Under the pieces are notes generated by a model. That model had not been told where the DNA came from, ran no database searches, and saw only the letters and a list, made by a program, of their open reading frames with translations. The translations under genes were made by a program, and so were the position numbers. 64,000 nt of DNA, taken from NCBI RefSeq assembly GCF_004297105.1, contig NZ_SCVE01000018.1:12668-76667 (forward strand). Direction: 5' to 3'. Origin of the DNA: Herbiconiux sp. (GTDB lineage Bacteria; Actinomycetota; Actinomycetes; Actinomycetales; Microbacteriaceae). How positions within the stretch are numbered: position 1 is the first letter of the stretch; each line of letters starts with the position of its first letter. Shown piece by piece: positions 45,027-57,450 of this stretch.

Positions 45027-46963
45027 GCTGTTCCCTCGAGCGGCAGGAAGACGCGCATCGTGGACGGGCCGCGCTCCGCCCATCGGTGATACGGAACCAA
45101 CGAGAGCTCGATCGGCCCTGAGCCGACGGATGCCGGCGCGCTCGACGCATAGGGCAGGTCACTCTCCGTCCCGGGCAGAGCAACGATCTCCGCGGTGACG
45201 CGGGCGCCATCCGCCTCCGACACCGGGAGAGCGCGCACGTCGAGCCGCACCGCATCGATCCCGACCCCGGCCGGCAGATCGGTCGACTCGAGGCAGAGCA
45301 CCAGCGGACCGCGCTCGATGGCCGCGCTGCCGCGCACGGCATCGATCCGGAGGTCGGGCCAGGTGAATCGCGGCTCGACCGGGAGCTCGATCACGATCCG
45401 GTCGCCCGCCGCGAAGGTTCTGCGGATGTCGGCCCAGCCCGGCTCGACCGGCTGGGGCTCTGCCCCGTCGACCATCACGGTCGCGCCGTCGGCCCAATCC
45501 GGGATCCGGAGACGCAACCGCGACTCTCTCTCCGGAGCGCTCTGCACGAGGATGCTGATCGTCCCCTCCTCCGGGTACGCCGTCTCGGTGCGGAGCGAGA
45601 ACCCGCCCAGCCGCAGCTCGCCGGCCGCGTACTGCAGCACCGCGATCCCCTCCTCGTCGGCCGCCGCGAGGTAGGCACCCAAAGACGCGAGAGTGCGGGC
45701 CACATTCGTGGGACAACACGAGACGTCGAACCAGGGCGCTCGCACACCACTTTCAGCGCGGTTGTTGACTCCGTCGAACGCCTCCGCACCCCGCTCACGC
45801 TGATGGAGCGGATTCGCATAGAAGAACGACCGGCCGTCGCCGCTCGGGGAGGTGGCGACCACATTGAACATCGTGCGCTCGATGAGGTCGGCGTACCGCA
45901 CCTCCCCCGTCGCCAGGTAGAGCCGCCAGGCGAGCATGATCGATCCCACCCCCGCGCAGGTCTCGCAGTAGGCGCGGTCGGCGGGGAGCTCCCAGTCGTC
46001 GCCGAACCCCTCGTCCTGGTGCCGCGATCCCATTCCGCCGGTGACATAGGTGCGGCGGGCCACCGTGTTCTCCCACTGACGCACCACGGCGTCGAACAGC
46101 ACCCGGTCATCGGTCTCGACGGCCACGTCCAGAGCTCCCGCCGTGAGGTAGAGGGCTCTGACCGCATGGCCGCGCAGAACGGTCGCATCCCGGACCGGCG
46201 TGTCGTCCTGGAAGTACTCCGCCGACAGCAACGGGATCTCCGGCAGGAGGCCGTGCCCTCGGCGTTCCACGAACAGCCCTGCCAATTCGAGGTAGCGACG
46301 CTCGCCGAATGCGCGCCCCGCTTCGACGAGCGCCACCTCTATCTCGGGATGACCGCACACCGCGATGCGGCCGGCCGGCCCGAATTCTTCGTACAGCTGA
46401 TCTGCCGCGCGCCGCGCGATCTGCACCAGCCGATCGTCACCACCACTGCGCTGCTGCGCCACCGCCGCCTGCAGCAGGTGACCGACGTTGTAGAGCTCGT
46501 GCCCCATCGCCAGGTCGGAGTACCGGGACGGGAGCCCGGGATGCCCGAACGCCGTGTTGAGGTACCCGTCGGCATCCTGCGCGTCGCCCACGCGCTCCAC
46601 GAGCGCATCGAATGCCGTCTGCAGACCGGGATCGGCGGAGCGGGCGAGTTCCCAGGCCATCGCCTCCAGGAGCTTGTAGACCTCCGAGTCCGAGAACTGC
46701 CAGCCGGGACGGTCGGTGATCGTCTCCCCGCGGGCCACCCGGTCGAAGTTCTCCAGCCAGCCCAGCCGCTCCATCCACTGCAGGCAGTGCTGCAGGGTGG
46801 CGCGGGCATTGACGTTCTGGCGACGGCCCCAGAAGCCGATCGGATCCAGCGTCGCGTCGGTGATGCCGATCCCTCGACGAGGTCCCGACGAGGGGATGAC
46901 CGGCGCCGATGCCGAGGCGGCGAGATCGGGGGCCGCCTCGGCGGCGGAGACGGACAGAGTCAC
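45023..46963 (-). CDS. GH127-family glycoside hydrolase (DUF1680; beta-L-arabinofuranosidase-like)
   Basis: 646 aa. WQFSDSEVYKLLEAMAW, GHELYNVGHLLQAAVA, CGHPEIEVALVE, YCETCAGVGSIMLAWRL (the Cys-rich catalytic/zinc region of GH127). Confidence 0.85.
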   Translation of the reverse strand: MTLSVSAAEAAPDLAASASAPVIPSSGPRRGIGITDATLDPIGFWGRRQNVNARATLQHCLQWMERLGWLENFDRVARGETITDRPGWQFSDSEVYKLLEAMAWELARSADPGLQTAFDALVERVGDAQDADGYLNTAFGHPGLPSRYSDLAMGHELYNVGHLLQAAVAQQRSGGDDRLVQIARRAADQLYEEFGPAGRIAVCGHPEIEVALVEAGRAFGERRYLELAGLFVERRGHGLLPEIPLLSAEYFQDDTPVRDATVLRGHAVRALYLTAGALDVAVETDDRVLFDAVVRQWENTVARRTYVTGGMGSRHQDEGFGDDWELPADRAYCETCAGVGSIMLAWRLYLATGEVRYADLIERTMFNVVATSPSGDGRSFFYANPLHQRERGAEAFDGVNNRAESGVRAPWFDVSCCPTNVARTLASLGAYLAAADEEGIAVLQYAAGELRLGGFSLRTETAYPEEGTISILVQSAPERESRLRLRIPDWADGATVMVDGAEPQPVEPGWADIRRTFAAGDRIVIELPVEPRFTWPDLRIDAVRGSAAIERGPLVLCLESTDLPAGVGIDAVRLDVRALPVSEADGARVTAEIVALPGTESDLPYASSAPASVGSGPIELSLVPYHRWAERGPSTMRVFLPLEGTA

Positions 46964-46967
46964 GGGT

Positions 46968-47786
46968 TCAGTCCTTCACTGCGCCGGCGGTGACACCGGC
47001 GGCGACGTAGCGCTGGGCGACGATGAGCAGGATCGCCGCGGGGATGGAGGCCACGACGGCGGTGGCCATGATGGCGTTCCACTGCGTCGTGTTGTTGCCG
47101 ATGTACGAGTAGATGCCGAGGGTCACGGGCTTCAGCACGGAGTTCCTCGCCAGGGTCGACGCGAACACGAAGTCCGACCACGCCCAGAGGAACGCGAACA
47201 GCGCCACGGTCAGAGCCGAGTTGCGGCTGAGCGGCATCACCACCGAGATGAAGGTGCGCCAGGCACCCGCTCCGTCGATGCGCGCCGCTTGGAGCAGTTC
47301 GCGGGGAAGTCCGCTCATGAAGGCCGTGAACAGCAGCACACCGAAGGGCACGGCGATGGTGGAGTCGGCGAGGATGAGTCCCCCGACGCTGTTGAGCAAC
47401 CCGAGCCGCACGTAGATCGCGTAGAAGCCCATCGCCATGACGACGCCGGGGATCATCTGGGCCACCAGCAGCACGAAGTTCAGAGTGCGGCCACCGCGCA
47501 TGTTCAGCAGCGCGATGGCGTAGCCCGCCGGCGCCGCGATGACGAGCGTGAGGGCGACGCAGCCCAGCCCGATCAGGAGGCTCGTGCCGAGGTTCGGCAG
47601 CTGCTGACGCAACACCTCGGTGTAGCCGTCGAGGGTCGGGTCGGTCGGGAAGATGTGCGGAGGGCTGAGTCGGAGGTCCTGCGTCTTGGTGAACGACACG
47701 TTCACCATCCAGTAGACGGGGAAGAGCATCAGAGCGGTGAACACGATGCCGAGCATCGTCTTCCACCACGGGCGCCGGGCGGTCAT
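46968..47786 (-). CDS. carbohydrate ABC transporter permease (MalG-type)
   Basis: Met183 of track ORF 46968..48332. ATGA overlap with the upstream permease stop. EAA loop: LLQAARIDGAGAWRTFISVVMPL. Confidence 0.92.
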   Translation of the reverse strand: MTARRPWWKTMLGIVFTALMLFPVYWMVNVSFTKTQDLRLSPPHIFPTDPTLDGYTEVLRQQLPNLGTSLLIGLGCVALTLVIAAPAGYAIALLNMRGGRTLNFVLLVAQMIPGVVMAMGFYAIYVRLGLLNSVGGLILADSTIAVPFGVLLFTAFMSGLPRELLQAARIDGAGAWRTFISVVMPLSRNSALTVALFAFLWAWSDFVFASTLARNSVLKPVTLGIYSYIGNNTTQWNAIMATAVVASIPAAILLIVAQRYVAAGVTAGAVKD

Positions 47787-48751
47787 GAGTTCTCCTGACG
47801 CCGCTGCATCTTCAGATAGATGAATCCGAAGATCAGGGCGATGATGATGAGGATGTTGCCGACCGCGGCGGCCGGCGAGAGGTCGGGCTGGCCGGTTCCG
47901 AAAGCCTCTCGGTACGACCAGATGGCCAGGGTCGTCGTGGAGTTCGCCGGGCCACCGCTCGTCATCACCCAGATGATGTCCACGACCTTCAGGGTGTAGA
48001 CGAGCCCGAGCAGGAGCGTGATGGCCGACACCGGTCGCAGCAGCGGGAACGTGATGCTCCAGAACTGCCGCCAGGCGCCCGCACCGTCGAGTGAGGCTGC
48101 CTCGTAGACGTCTTCGGGGATGCTCTGCAGGCCGGAGTAGAGGATGACCAGGTTGAACGGGATACCCAGCCAGATGTTGGCGATGATCACCGCGATCATG
48201 GAGGTGTCGGGCGAGGTGAGCCAGTTGATCTGGCCGATGCCGAAGGCCTGCAGGAACGAGTTCACGATGCCGTTGTCGCTGTTCAGCATCCAGGCCCAGG
48301 TCGATCCGGAGACGATGAGGGGCAGCAGCCACGGCACGAGGAACAGCGCCCGCAGGATGCCGCTGAGGCGGAAGCTGTTGCGGAAGAACACCGCGAGCGC
48401 CAGTCCGATCGCGTACTGGAAGATCAGAGAGCCCACGACGAACACCACGGTGTTGCCGAGGGCCTGACCGAACAGCGGTGAGGTGACGACGTCGATGTAG
48501 TTCTGCAGTCCGACGAACTCCGCATTTCCCTGCACGAAGGCCCGCACGGTGTAGTCGTGCACGCTGAGATCGATGCTGCGGATCAACGGATACGCGTAGA
48601 ACGCGAGCAGGTACACCACGAGTGGTGCGGCGAACCCTGCCGCGGCCCAGCGCGAGCCGTTCAGCCCCGCCCGCCGGCGCTTGCGCGGGAGCTCCGCGAC
48701 CGGAGCGGCGTCGCGTTCCGGTCGCGTGTCCGGCACTGTTTTGATGGTCAT
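47783..48751 (-). CDS. carbohydrate ABC transporter permease (MalF-type)
   Basis: 322 aa. EAASLDGAGAWRQFWSITFPLLRP. Confidence 0.92.
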   Translation of the reverse strand: MTIKTVPDTRPERDAAPVAELPRKRRRAGLNGSRWAAAGFAAPLVVYLLAFYAYPLIRSIDLSVHDYTVRAFVQGNAEFVGLQNYIDVVTSPLFGQALGNTVVFVVGSLIFQYAIGLALAVFFRNSFRLSGILRALFLVPWLLPLIVSGSTWAWMLNSDNGIVNSFLQAFGIGQINWLTSPDTSMIAVIIANIWLGIPFNLVILYSGLQSIPEDVYEAASLDGAGAWRQFWSITFPLLRPVSAITLLLGLVYTLKVVDIIWVMTSGGPANSTTTLAIWSYREAFGTGQPDLSPAAAVGNILIIIALIFGFIYLKMQRRQENS

Positions 48752-48773
48752 GACCAGTCCTTCATCGGATGTT

Positions 48774-48808
48774 CCGGGGAGGACGGGCGGTTCGCCCGCC
48801 CTCCCCGG
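48774..48808 (-). terminator. intercistronic GC-rich stem-loop between the solute-binding-protein gene and the first permease gene
   Basis: ccggggaggacgggcg-gtt-cgcccgccctccccgg forms a 16-bp stem with one mismatch. Such a hairpin may act as a partial terminator or mRNA-stabilising element, raising SBP expression relative to the permeases. Confidence 0.5.
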
Positions 48809-48817
48809 AATCGGGTG

Positions 48818-50083
48818 CTACTTGCCGTTCGTCGCAGCGGATGCGGCCTGCTGGGCCGCGGTGAGCGCATCCTGAGGCGTCGACGCCCCGGAGAGAGCAC
48901 TCTGCACAGCCGTCCACAACTGCTCGGAGATCAGCGGGTAGTCGGTGCCGAGGTTGTCGCTGGTGCGCCCCTTGGCGGCCTTGACGGCCGAGACCCAGGT
49001 CGTGAGCTCAGGGTGCTCCTCCAGCAGCTTCGACTGACCGTCGCTGGTCGGCGGGATGTAGTAGGCGAAGGTGTTGGCGGTCTCGACGAAGCCCTCCGGA
49101 GTCGTCATGCAGTCGACGATCTTCTTGGTGGTCTCGTAGCGGGAGGTGTCTTTCTGCACGGGAGCGGTGATGAACTCGCCACCGGTCGGGGCAGGGGCGA
49201 CGCCGGAGTCGATCGCCGGCAGCTCGATGACGCCGGTCGCGAAGCTCTGCTTGGCAGCGCTGTCGACCTGCCAGGTGCCGTTCTCCGCGAAGGCGAAGTC
49301 ACCCGTGATGAACTCCTCCCAGCTGGTGTTCTGCGAGTTGCCGATCACCGACTGCGGGGCGTAGCCCTGCTTCACCCAGTCGGTCCACAGCGTGAGCGCC
49401 TTGACGGCCTCAGGCGAGTCGAGCTGCGTGAGGTCGGCACCGGAGCCCCAGAACCAGGGCAGGAACTGGAACGAGCCCTCTTCGGTGTTGATCCCGGCGA
49501 AGGTGATGCCCTTGTGGCCCGCCGCGGTGACCTTGGCGAGTGCGTCGCTCAGCGCCGACCAGCTCGTGATCGAGGCCGGGTCGACACCGGCTGCCGTGAG
49601 GATGTCGGCGTTGTAGTACAGCGCGAGCGTGTTGGCGCCGATCGGCACACCATAGTCGCTGCCGTCCAGCTCACCCGCGGCGAGCAGGTTGGCGTCGAGC
49701 CCGGAGGTGTCGAGACCGAGCTCATCGGTGGTGGTGAGCATCCCGGTGTCGGCGAGGGTCGAGACGGCGGGGTTGTCCAGCAGGATCACGTCGGGCGACG
49801 TGCCCTCCTGGGCCGAGAGGAGTGCCTGGTTCGTGAGCGACGTCGTGTCGTAGGCGGTTCGCTCGATGGTGACCCCGGCCTCGGTTCCACAGGCCTGGAC
49901 CCGATTGGCCCAGTCCGACCCCTCCTCGTGCTGGGGGTACGGGTCCCACCAGGTGTACGTGCCGCCGGCGGAGTCGGTCGCTGCCGCATCACCTCCGCCG
50001 GAACCGGTGCAGCCTGCGAGAGCGCCAACTGCGAGTGCTGCGACGGCGACGACGATCGGCGCGCGGAGCTTCTTGGTGATCAT
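48818..50083 (-). CDS. extracellular sugar-binding lipoprotein of an ABC transporter
   Basis: Met66 of track ORF 48818..50278, behind an AAGGAGGA Shine-Dalgarno. MITKKLRAPIVVAVAALAVGALAGC (lipobox), then a family-1 SBP body. Confidence 0.9.
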   Translation of the reverse strand: MITKKLRAPIVVAVAALAVGALAGCTGSGGGDAAATDSAGGTYTWWDPYPQHEEGSDWANRVQACGTEAGVTIERTAYDTTSLTNQALLSAQEGTSPDVILLDNPAVSTLADTGMLTTTDELGLDTSGLDANLLAAGELDGSDYGVPIGANTLALYYNADILTAAGVDPASITSWSALSDALAKVTAAGHKGITFAGINTEEGSFQFLPWFWGSGADLTQLDSPEAVKALTLWTDWVKQGYAPQSVIGNSQNTSWEEFITGDFAFAENGTWQVDSAAKQSFATGVIELPAIDSGVAPAPTGGEFITAPVQKDTSRYETTKKIVDCMTTPEGFVETANTFAYYIPPTSDGQSKLLEEHPELTTWVSAVKAAKGRTSDNLGTDYPLISEQLWTAVQSALSGASTPQDALTAAQQAASAATNGK

Positions 50084-50103
50084 GCGTGTTCCTCCTTGAA
50101 CAA

Positions 50104-50118
50104 GTCCGGAGACCGGAC
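50104..50118. promoter_or_regulatory. inverted repeat GTCCGG-aga-CCGGAC in the lacI/SBP intergenic gap
   Basis: Read directly, in the 46-nt gap between the LacI stop (50130) and the SBP start (50083). Function is unknown; it could be a small hairpin or a secondary operator. Confidence 0.3.
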
Positions 50119-50129
50119 CCCTTGGTGTG

Positions 50130-52950
<2,821 letters not shown>

Positions 52951-53078
52951 GGCCCACCGATCGAGTGTTGCGCTGTGTGACCTCAGGAATCGGCTGTCGC
53001 TCGCCGTCTGGCTACTGTCGATTCCGGCGTAGATACAGCAATCGGCGCCCCCTCCGTCATCCAGCAGAAGAGGCCTTC

Positions 53079-53936
53079 ATGAAATCCGTTCGCATCGCAC
53101 TCCTCGGAGCGGCCGCCGCCGCCATCCTGCTCGGAACCGCCGCCTGCTCCAGCGGCGGCGACACGAGCGCAGCCACCTCGACCGACGGCGCATCCGCCGG
53201 CAAGACCGACATCACGATCGGCTTCAACCCCGGCCCGTACAAGGAGATGTTCGACGGGGGCATCCTCCCGATCCTCGAGGCCGAGGGCTACACCGTCACG
53301 GATCAGGACTTCACCGACGGCATCGTCGTGAACGTCGCCGTCTCCAGCGGCGAGATCGACGCCAACATCATCCAGCACCCCGTCTACATGCAGTTCGTGA
53401 ACGACCAGGAGGGCATCGACAACGCCGCCCTGGTGCAGGTGCCGACCCCCCGCATGGGCCTGTTCGGTGGCAAGTCGACCTCGCTCGACGACGTGAAAGA
53501 CGGCGCCACGGTCACCGTGCCGAACTCGCCGTCGAACCTCTACCGCGGTCTCCTCATCCTGCGCGACGCCGGGCTGATCGATTTCGATGACATCGACGAC
53601 CCCAACACCGCCGATGTCTCGATCATCACCTCGAACCCGCACAACCTGAACATCACGCCCATCGAGAACGCCCAGCAGGTGCCGTCGCTCCAGGATGTGG
53701 ATTACGCCACCATCCAGGGCAACTTCATCATCTCCGGCGGCCTCGACTACAACGATGCCCTGGCGGTCGAAGACCAGCCGCTCGAGTTCTCGAACGTCGT
53801 CGCGGTGCGCTCCGAAGACGTCGACTCCGATTGGGCGAAGGCCATCAAGGCGGCCTACCAGTCGCAGGAGTTCATCGACTACATCAAGGGCGACTCGCAG
53901 TACGACGGCTACAACCTGCCCGAATGGTTCAATTGA
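53079..53936 (+). CDS. metQ: methionine ABC transporter substrate-binding lipoprotein (MetQ/NlpA family)
   Basis: Met39 of track ORF 52965..53936. MKSVRIALLGAAAAAILLGTAACS lipobox. NPGPYKEM, NIIQHPVYM, PNSPSNLYRGLLIL. Confidence 0.88.
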   Translation: MKSVRIALLGAAAAAILLGTAACSSGGDTSAATSTDGASAGKTDITIGFNPGPYKEMFDGGILPILEAEGYTVTDQDFTDGIVVNVAVSSGEIDANIIQHPVYMQFVNDQEGIDNAALVQVPTPRMGLFGGKSTSLDDVKDGATVTVPNSPSNLYRGLLILRDAGLIDFDDIDDPNTADVSIITSNPHNLNITPIENAQQVPSLQDVDYATIQGNFIISGGLDYNDALAVEDQPLEFSNVVAVRSEDVDSDWAKAIKAAYQSQEFIDYIKGDSQYDGYNLPEWFN

Positions 53937-54997
53937 GCGCACAGTCTCCTTCGAGCCCCGTGGCCGAACGCTCGAGTGAGGGCCGCATCGTCTTCGACGG
54001 CGTGTCGAAGACCTTCACCACCCAGAAGAAGGTGGCGACGGCGGCCCTGCGGGACGTTCGCCTGGAGATCGAGCCCGGCACGATCTTCGGTGTGATCGGC
54101 TACAGCGGTGCCGGCAAGTCGACGCTGATCCGGATGGTGAACGGTATCGAACGGCCCACCTCAGGTCGCGTGCTCGTCGACGGCATCGACGTGGGAGCGC
54201 TGCGAGGCGCGAAGCTCCGCACCGCGCAGAAGCGCACCGGCATGATCTTCCAGCAGTTCAATCTGCTCGACACCGTTCGGGTGCGCGACAACGTCGCGAT
54301 GCCGCTGCGCCTCGACGGGGTGGGTGTCGCCGCCGCCCGAGCTCGGGCCGAGGAGGTTCTCGATTTCGTCGGTCTCGGTGCAAAGGCGGGAAGCTTCGCC
54401 GGGGAGCTCTCGGGCGGTCAGAAGCAACGCGTGGGAATCGCACGGGCTCTCGTGCGCAACCCGCGCATCCTGCTGTCGGATGAGGCGACCAGCGCTCTCG
54501 ACCCCACCACGACGGCCCAGATTATCCAGCTGCTCCGTGACATCAACGCGGAGTACGGCACCACGATCCTCGTGGTGACCCACGAGATGGACGTGATCAA
54601 GGATCTGGCGAGCGAGGTGGCCGTGATGGCCGACGGCGCGATCGTGGAGCAGGGCTCCGTGCTTGACACCTTCCTGCACCCGCGCTCCCCCATCACCCGC
54701 GACTTCGTCACCACCGTGGTGCCCCAGGGCCTGCCCGACCGCGTGGTCGACCACCTCGGCGGAGACGGCCTCTGGCGGCTGCTGCTCGTCGACGACGAGG
54801 TGACGCAGCCGCTCGTCTCCGACCTCATCACCCGGTTCGGCGTCGAGGTGAACCTGCTGCACGCCGACATGACCGAGATTCAGGACCACACGGTGGGCCA
54901 GATGATCGTCAAGGTGACCGGCCCTGCCGCGCAGGTGCTCGAGGCGCGCGCCTATCTGCAGGAGCGGGTCGTGCACGTCGAGGAGGTGCAGGCATGA
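53924..54997 (+). CDS. metN: methionine ABC transporter ATP-binding protein with C-terminal NIL domain
   Basis: ATG 53924 (or TTG 53933, giving a TTGA overlap with the metQ stop). GYSGAGKST, LSGGQKQRVGIARAL, LLSDEATSALDP, C-terminal NIL-like regulatory domain. Confidence 0.9.
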   Translation: MVQLSAQSPSSPVAERSSEGRIVFDGVSKTFTTQKKVATAALRDVRLEIEPGTIFGVIGYSGAGKSTLIRMVNGIERPTSGRVLVDGIDVGALRGAKLRTAQKRTGMIFQQFNLLDTVRVRDNVAMPLRLDGVGVAAARARAEEVLDFVGLGAKAGSFAGELSGGQKQRVGIARALVRNPRILLSDEATSALDPTTTAQIIQLLRDINAEYGTTILVVTHEMDVIKDLASEVAVMADGAIVEQGSVLDTFLHPRSPITRDFVTTVVPQGLPDRVVDHLGGDGLWRLLLVDDEVTQPLVSDLITRFGVEVNLLHADMTEIQDHTVGQMIVKVTGPAAQVLEARAYLQERVVHVEEVQA

Positions 54998-55662
54998 GCG
55001 GTGACAAGTGGACCCTCATCACCCCCGAGATGTTCTTCAAAGCGCTCGGCGAGACCCTGCAGATGCTCGGCGTCTCGCTCGTGCTGGGCTCGATCCTCGG
55101 CGTACTCATCGGCGCAACGCTCGCGCTCACCCGAGCGGGTGGGGTGCTCGAGAACAAGCCGATCAGCCTCGGGCTCGCCGTGGTGGTGAACCTCATCAGG
55201 TCATTGCCGTTCATCATCCTCCTCGTGGCCATCCTTCCGTTCACCCGGCTAATCGCCGGCACGAGCATCGGTGTCTGGGCAGCAATCGTGCCCCTCACCG
55301 TGATGATCGCGCCCTACATCGGCCGACTTGTGGAGAACTCGCTGCTCGAGGTGCCCCGTGGAGTAGTGGAGGCCGCGCGAGCGATGGGCGCGTCGCCCTG
55401 GCAGATCTTCTGGCGCTTCATGCTGCCCGAGGCTCGTGGGTCGCTGATCCTGGCCGTCACCATCGCCTCCGTCGGCCTGCTCGACGCCACCGCGATGGCG
55501 GGCACCGTGGGCGCCGGTGGAATCGGCGACCTGGCGATCTCCTACGGCTACCAGCGGTACGACACCTTCGCGATGATCCTCACCGTCATCACCCTGATCG
55601 TGCTCGTGCAGGGCATCCAGCTGCTCGGAACGGTCATCGCGCGCCGGTTCAGGCGGCGGTGA
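54994..55662 (+). CDS. metI: methionine ABC transporter permease
   Basis: 222 aa. ATGA overlap with metN. EAARAMGASPWQIFWRFMLPEA. Confidence 0.9.
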   Translation: MSGDKWTLITPEMFFKALGETLQMLGVSLVLGSILGVLIGATLALTRAGGVLENKPISLGLAVVVNLIRSLPFIILLVAILPFTRLIAGTSIGVWAAIVPLTVMIAPYIGRLVENSLLEVPRGVVEAARAMGASPWQIFWRFMLPEARGSLILAVTIASVGLLDATAMAGTVGAGGIGDLAISYGYQRYDTFAMILTVITLIVLVQGIQLLGTVIARRFRRR

Positions 55663-56837
55663 GCGTGGTCGACTTCCGGCCCGCGGCCCGGGTGCAGGCC
55701 CTGCCGCCGAACTTCTGGGGCGAGATGGATCGCGAGATCCTGCGTCTGTCCACCGAGCCCGGCCCGCGGATGATCGACGTCTCGAAGGGCAACCCGGATC
55801 TGCCCACCCCCGAACACATCGTGGCGGCAATGCAGCGCGAGGTGGCGGACGCGGCCAACCACCGCTATCCCGCCTACGTGGGCCGAGCCGCCTTCCGGGA
55901 GGCCGTGGCGAAGCGCTACCGAGACGACCACGGCGTCGGGATCGACCCGGATGCGCAGGTGGCCGTCTTCCACGGCTCCCACGAAGCGATCATGGCCGCC
56001 GTGCTGTCGCACGTCGACCCGGGCGAGGCCGTGGTGCTGCCGGATCCGGGCTACCCGATGTACACCTCGGCCACCGACCTCGCGGGCGGCCGGATCGTGC
56101 CGCTGCCGCTCGAAGAACCGGGCTACCAGCCCGACTTCGCCGCGCTCGACCAGCTGGAACGGGCCGCGATTCTGCTGCTCAACTACCCGAACAACCCCAC
56201 CGGAGCGCTCGCCACCCCGCAGGCGTTCGAGGGCGCCATCCGTTTCGCCGAGCGCACGGGGGCGGCCTTCGTGCACGACTTCGCCTACTCGTCGCTGGGC
56301 TTCGACGGGCGCACTCCCCTGTCGGCCCTCGCCGTCGACCGCGACTTCGCGGTGACCGTCGAGGCGCAGACCCTCTCGAAGACGTACAGCATGGCCGGCT
56401 GGCGCATCGGATTCGCGGCCGGCAACACCTCGCTCATCTCTGCCATGAAGCGCTACCAGGCCCAGGCGTTCAGCACGATGTTCGGCGCCTCGCAGGAAGC
56501 CGCAGCGGCGGCCCTGGGCGGCGACCAGTCCGCCGCCCTGGAGCTGGTGCGCGTCTACGAGCGACGCCGCGACCTCGTGGTGACGGGCCTCCGACGCATC
56601 GGCTGGGAGGTCACAGCGCCGGAGGGTACGTTCTTCGTATGGGTGCGATTGCAGGGCCACGACACCGACGCGCTGCGCTTCGCGCGGGAGCTCCGGGAGG
56701 AGGCCCGGGTCGCCGTCGCACCCGGTGACGGCTTCGGGCCTCGAGGTCGGGGTCACATCCGAATCGGCCTCGTGAACGACGAGTCCACACTGAACGAGTT
56801 GATCGAACGCCTCGATGCGTTCGCGAACAAGAACTGA
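55659..56837 (+). CDS. class I/II PLP-dependent aminotransferase
   Basis: GTG 55659 overlaps the metI stop (GTGA); alternative GTG at 55665. [11 protein letters not shown]-lysine block [13 protein letters not shown]. Confidence 0.85.
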   Translation: MSVVDFRPAARVQALPPNFWGEMDREILRLSTEPGPRMIDVSKGNPDLPTPEHIVAAMQREVADAANHRYPAYVGRAAFREAVAKRYRDDHGVGIDPDAQVAVFHGSHEAIMAAVLSHVDPGEAVVLPDPGYPMYTSATDLAGGRIVPLPLEEPGYQPDFAALDQLERAAILLLNYPNNPTGALATPQAFEGAIRFAERTGAAFVHDFAYSSLGFDGRTPLSALAVDRDFAVTVEAQTLSKTYSMAGWRIGFAAGNTSLISAMKRYQAQAFSTMFGASQEAAAAALGGDQSAALELVRVYERRRDLVVTGLRRIGWEVTAPEGTFFVWVRLQGHDTDALRFARELREEARVAVAPGDGFGPRGRGHIRIGLVNDESTLNELIERLDAFANKN

Positions 56838-56848
56838 GGAACTGACTG

Positions 56849-57322
56849 ATGGCCGAGATCGAGAGCTTCACCCTGGACCACACTGCCGTGCTCGCCCCCT
56901 ATGTGCGCCGCATCGGCGTGGAGCACGGACCGGGCGGCGGCACCATCACCAACTTCGACGTGCGGCTGACGCAGCCGAACGTGCAGGAGATCCCCACCGC
57001 GGGCATCCACACCCTCGAGCACATGCTCGCCGGCCTGCTGCGCGACCGCATCGACGGGGTGATCGACCTCTCGCCGTTCGGCTGCCGCACCGGCTTCCAC
57101 CTGCTCATGTGGGGCGAGCCCGAGGTGGCGGATGTCGTCGCAGCGCTCTCCTCGAGCCTCCGCTTCATCGCCGAGGAGGCCGTCGAGGCCGACATCCCCG
57201 CCGTGTCGGCGCTCGAGTGCGGCAACTACCGCGACCACTCGCTGCACACCGCGCGCGAGTGGGCGAAGGTCGTTCTCGACGCGGGTATCAGCCTCGACGC
57301 GTTCGCCCGCGTCGGCGTCTGA
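56849..57322 (+). CDS. luxS: S-ribosylhomocysteine lyase
   Basis: 157 aa. FTLDHT, metal ligands HTLEH and the conserved Cys in [24 protein letters not shown] Shine-Dalgarno 8 nt upstream, 11 nt after the aminotransferase stop. Confidence 0.92.
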   Translation: MAEIESFTLDHTAVLAPYVRRIGVEHGPGGGTITNFDVRLTQPNVQEIPTAGIHTLEHMLAGLLRDRIDGVIDLSPFGCRTGFHLLMWGEPEVADVVAALSSSLRFIAEEAVEADIPAVSALECGNYRDHSLHTAREWAKVVLDAGISLDAFARVGV

Positions 57323-57450
57323 CCGGTGCGGCCCGGCCGGCTCCGGGGGACGCGGAATTTCGCCCTGTGAGCCAGTCGGGACCGGTAGGTTCTGTGGTGG
57401 GCGTCTCGCGGTGTGACGGGCGCCCGCACCGCCTGCGAACTGGAGAGATC

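Noticed and set aside
52951-53078. SAM riboswitch call upstream of metQ.
   Set aside because: I could not find the conserved SAM-I, SAM-IV or SAM-II core sequences by eye. It is reported only as a low-interest leader to be scanned with Infernal.
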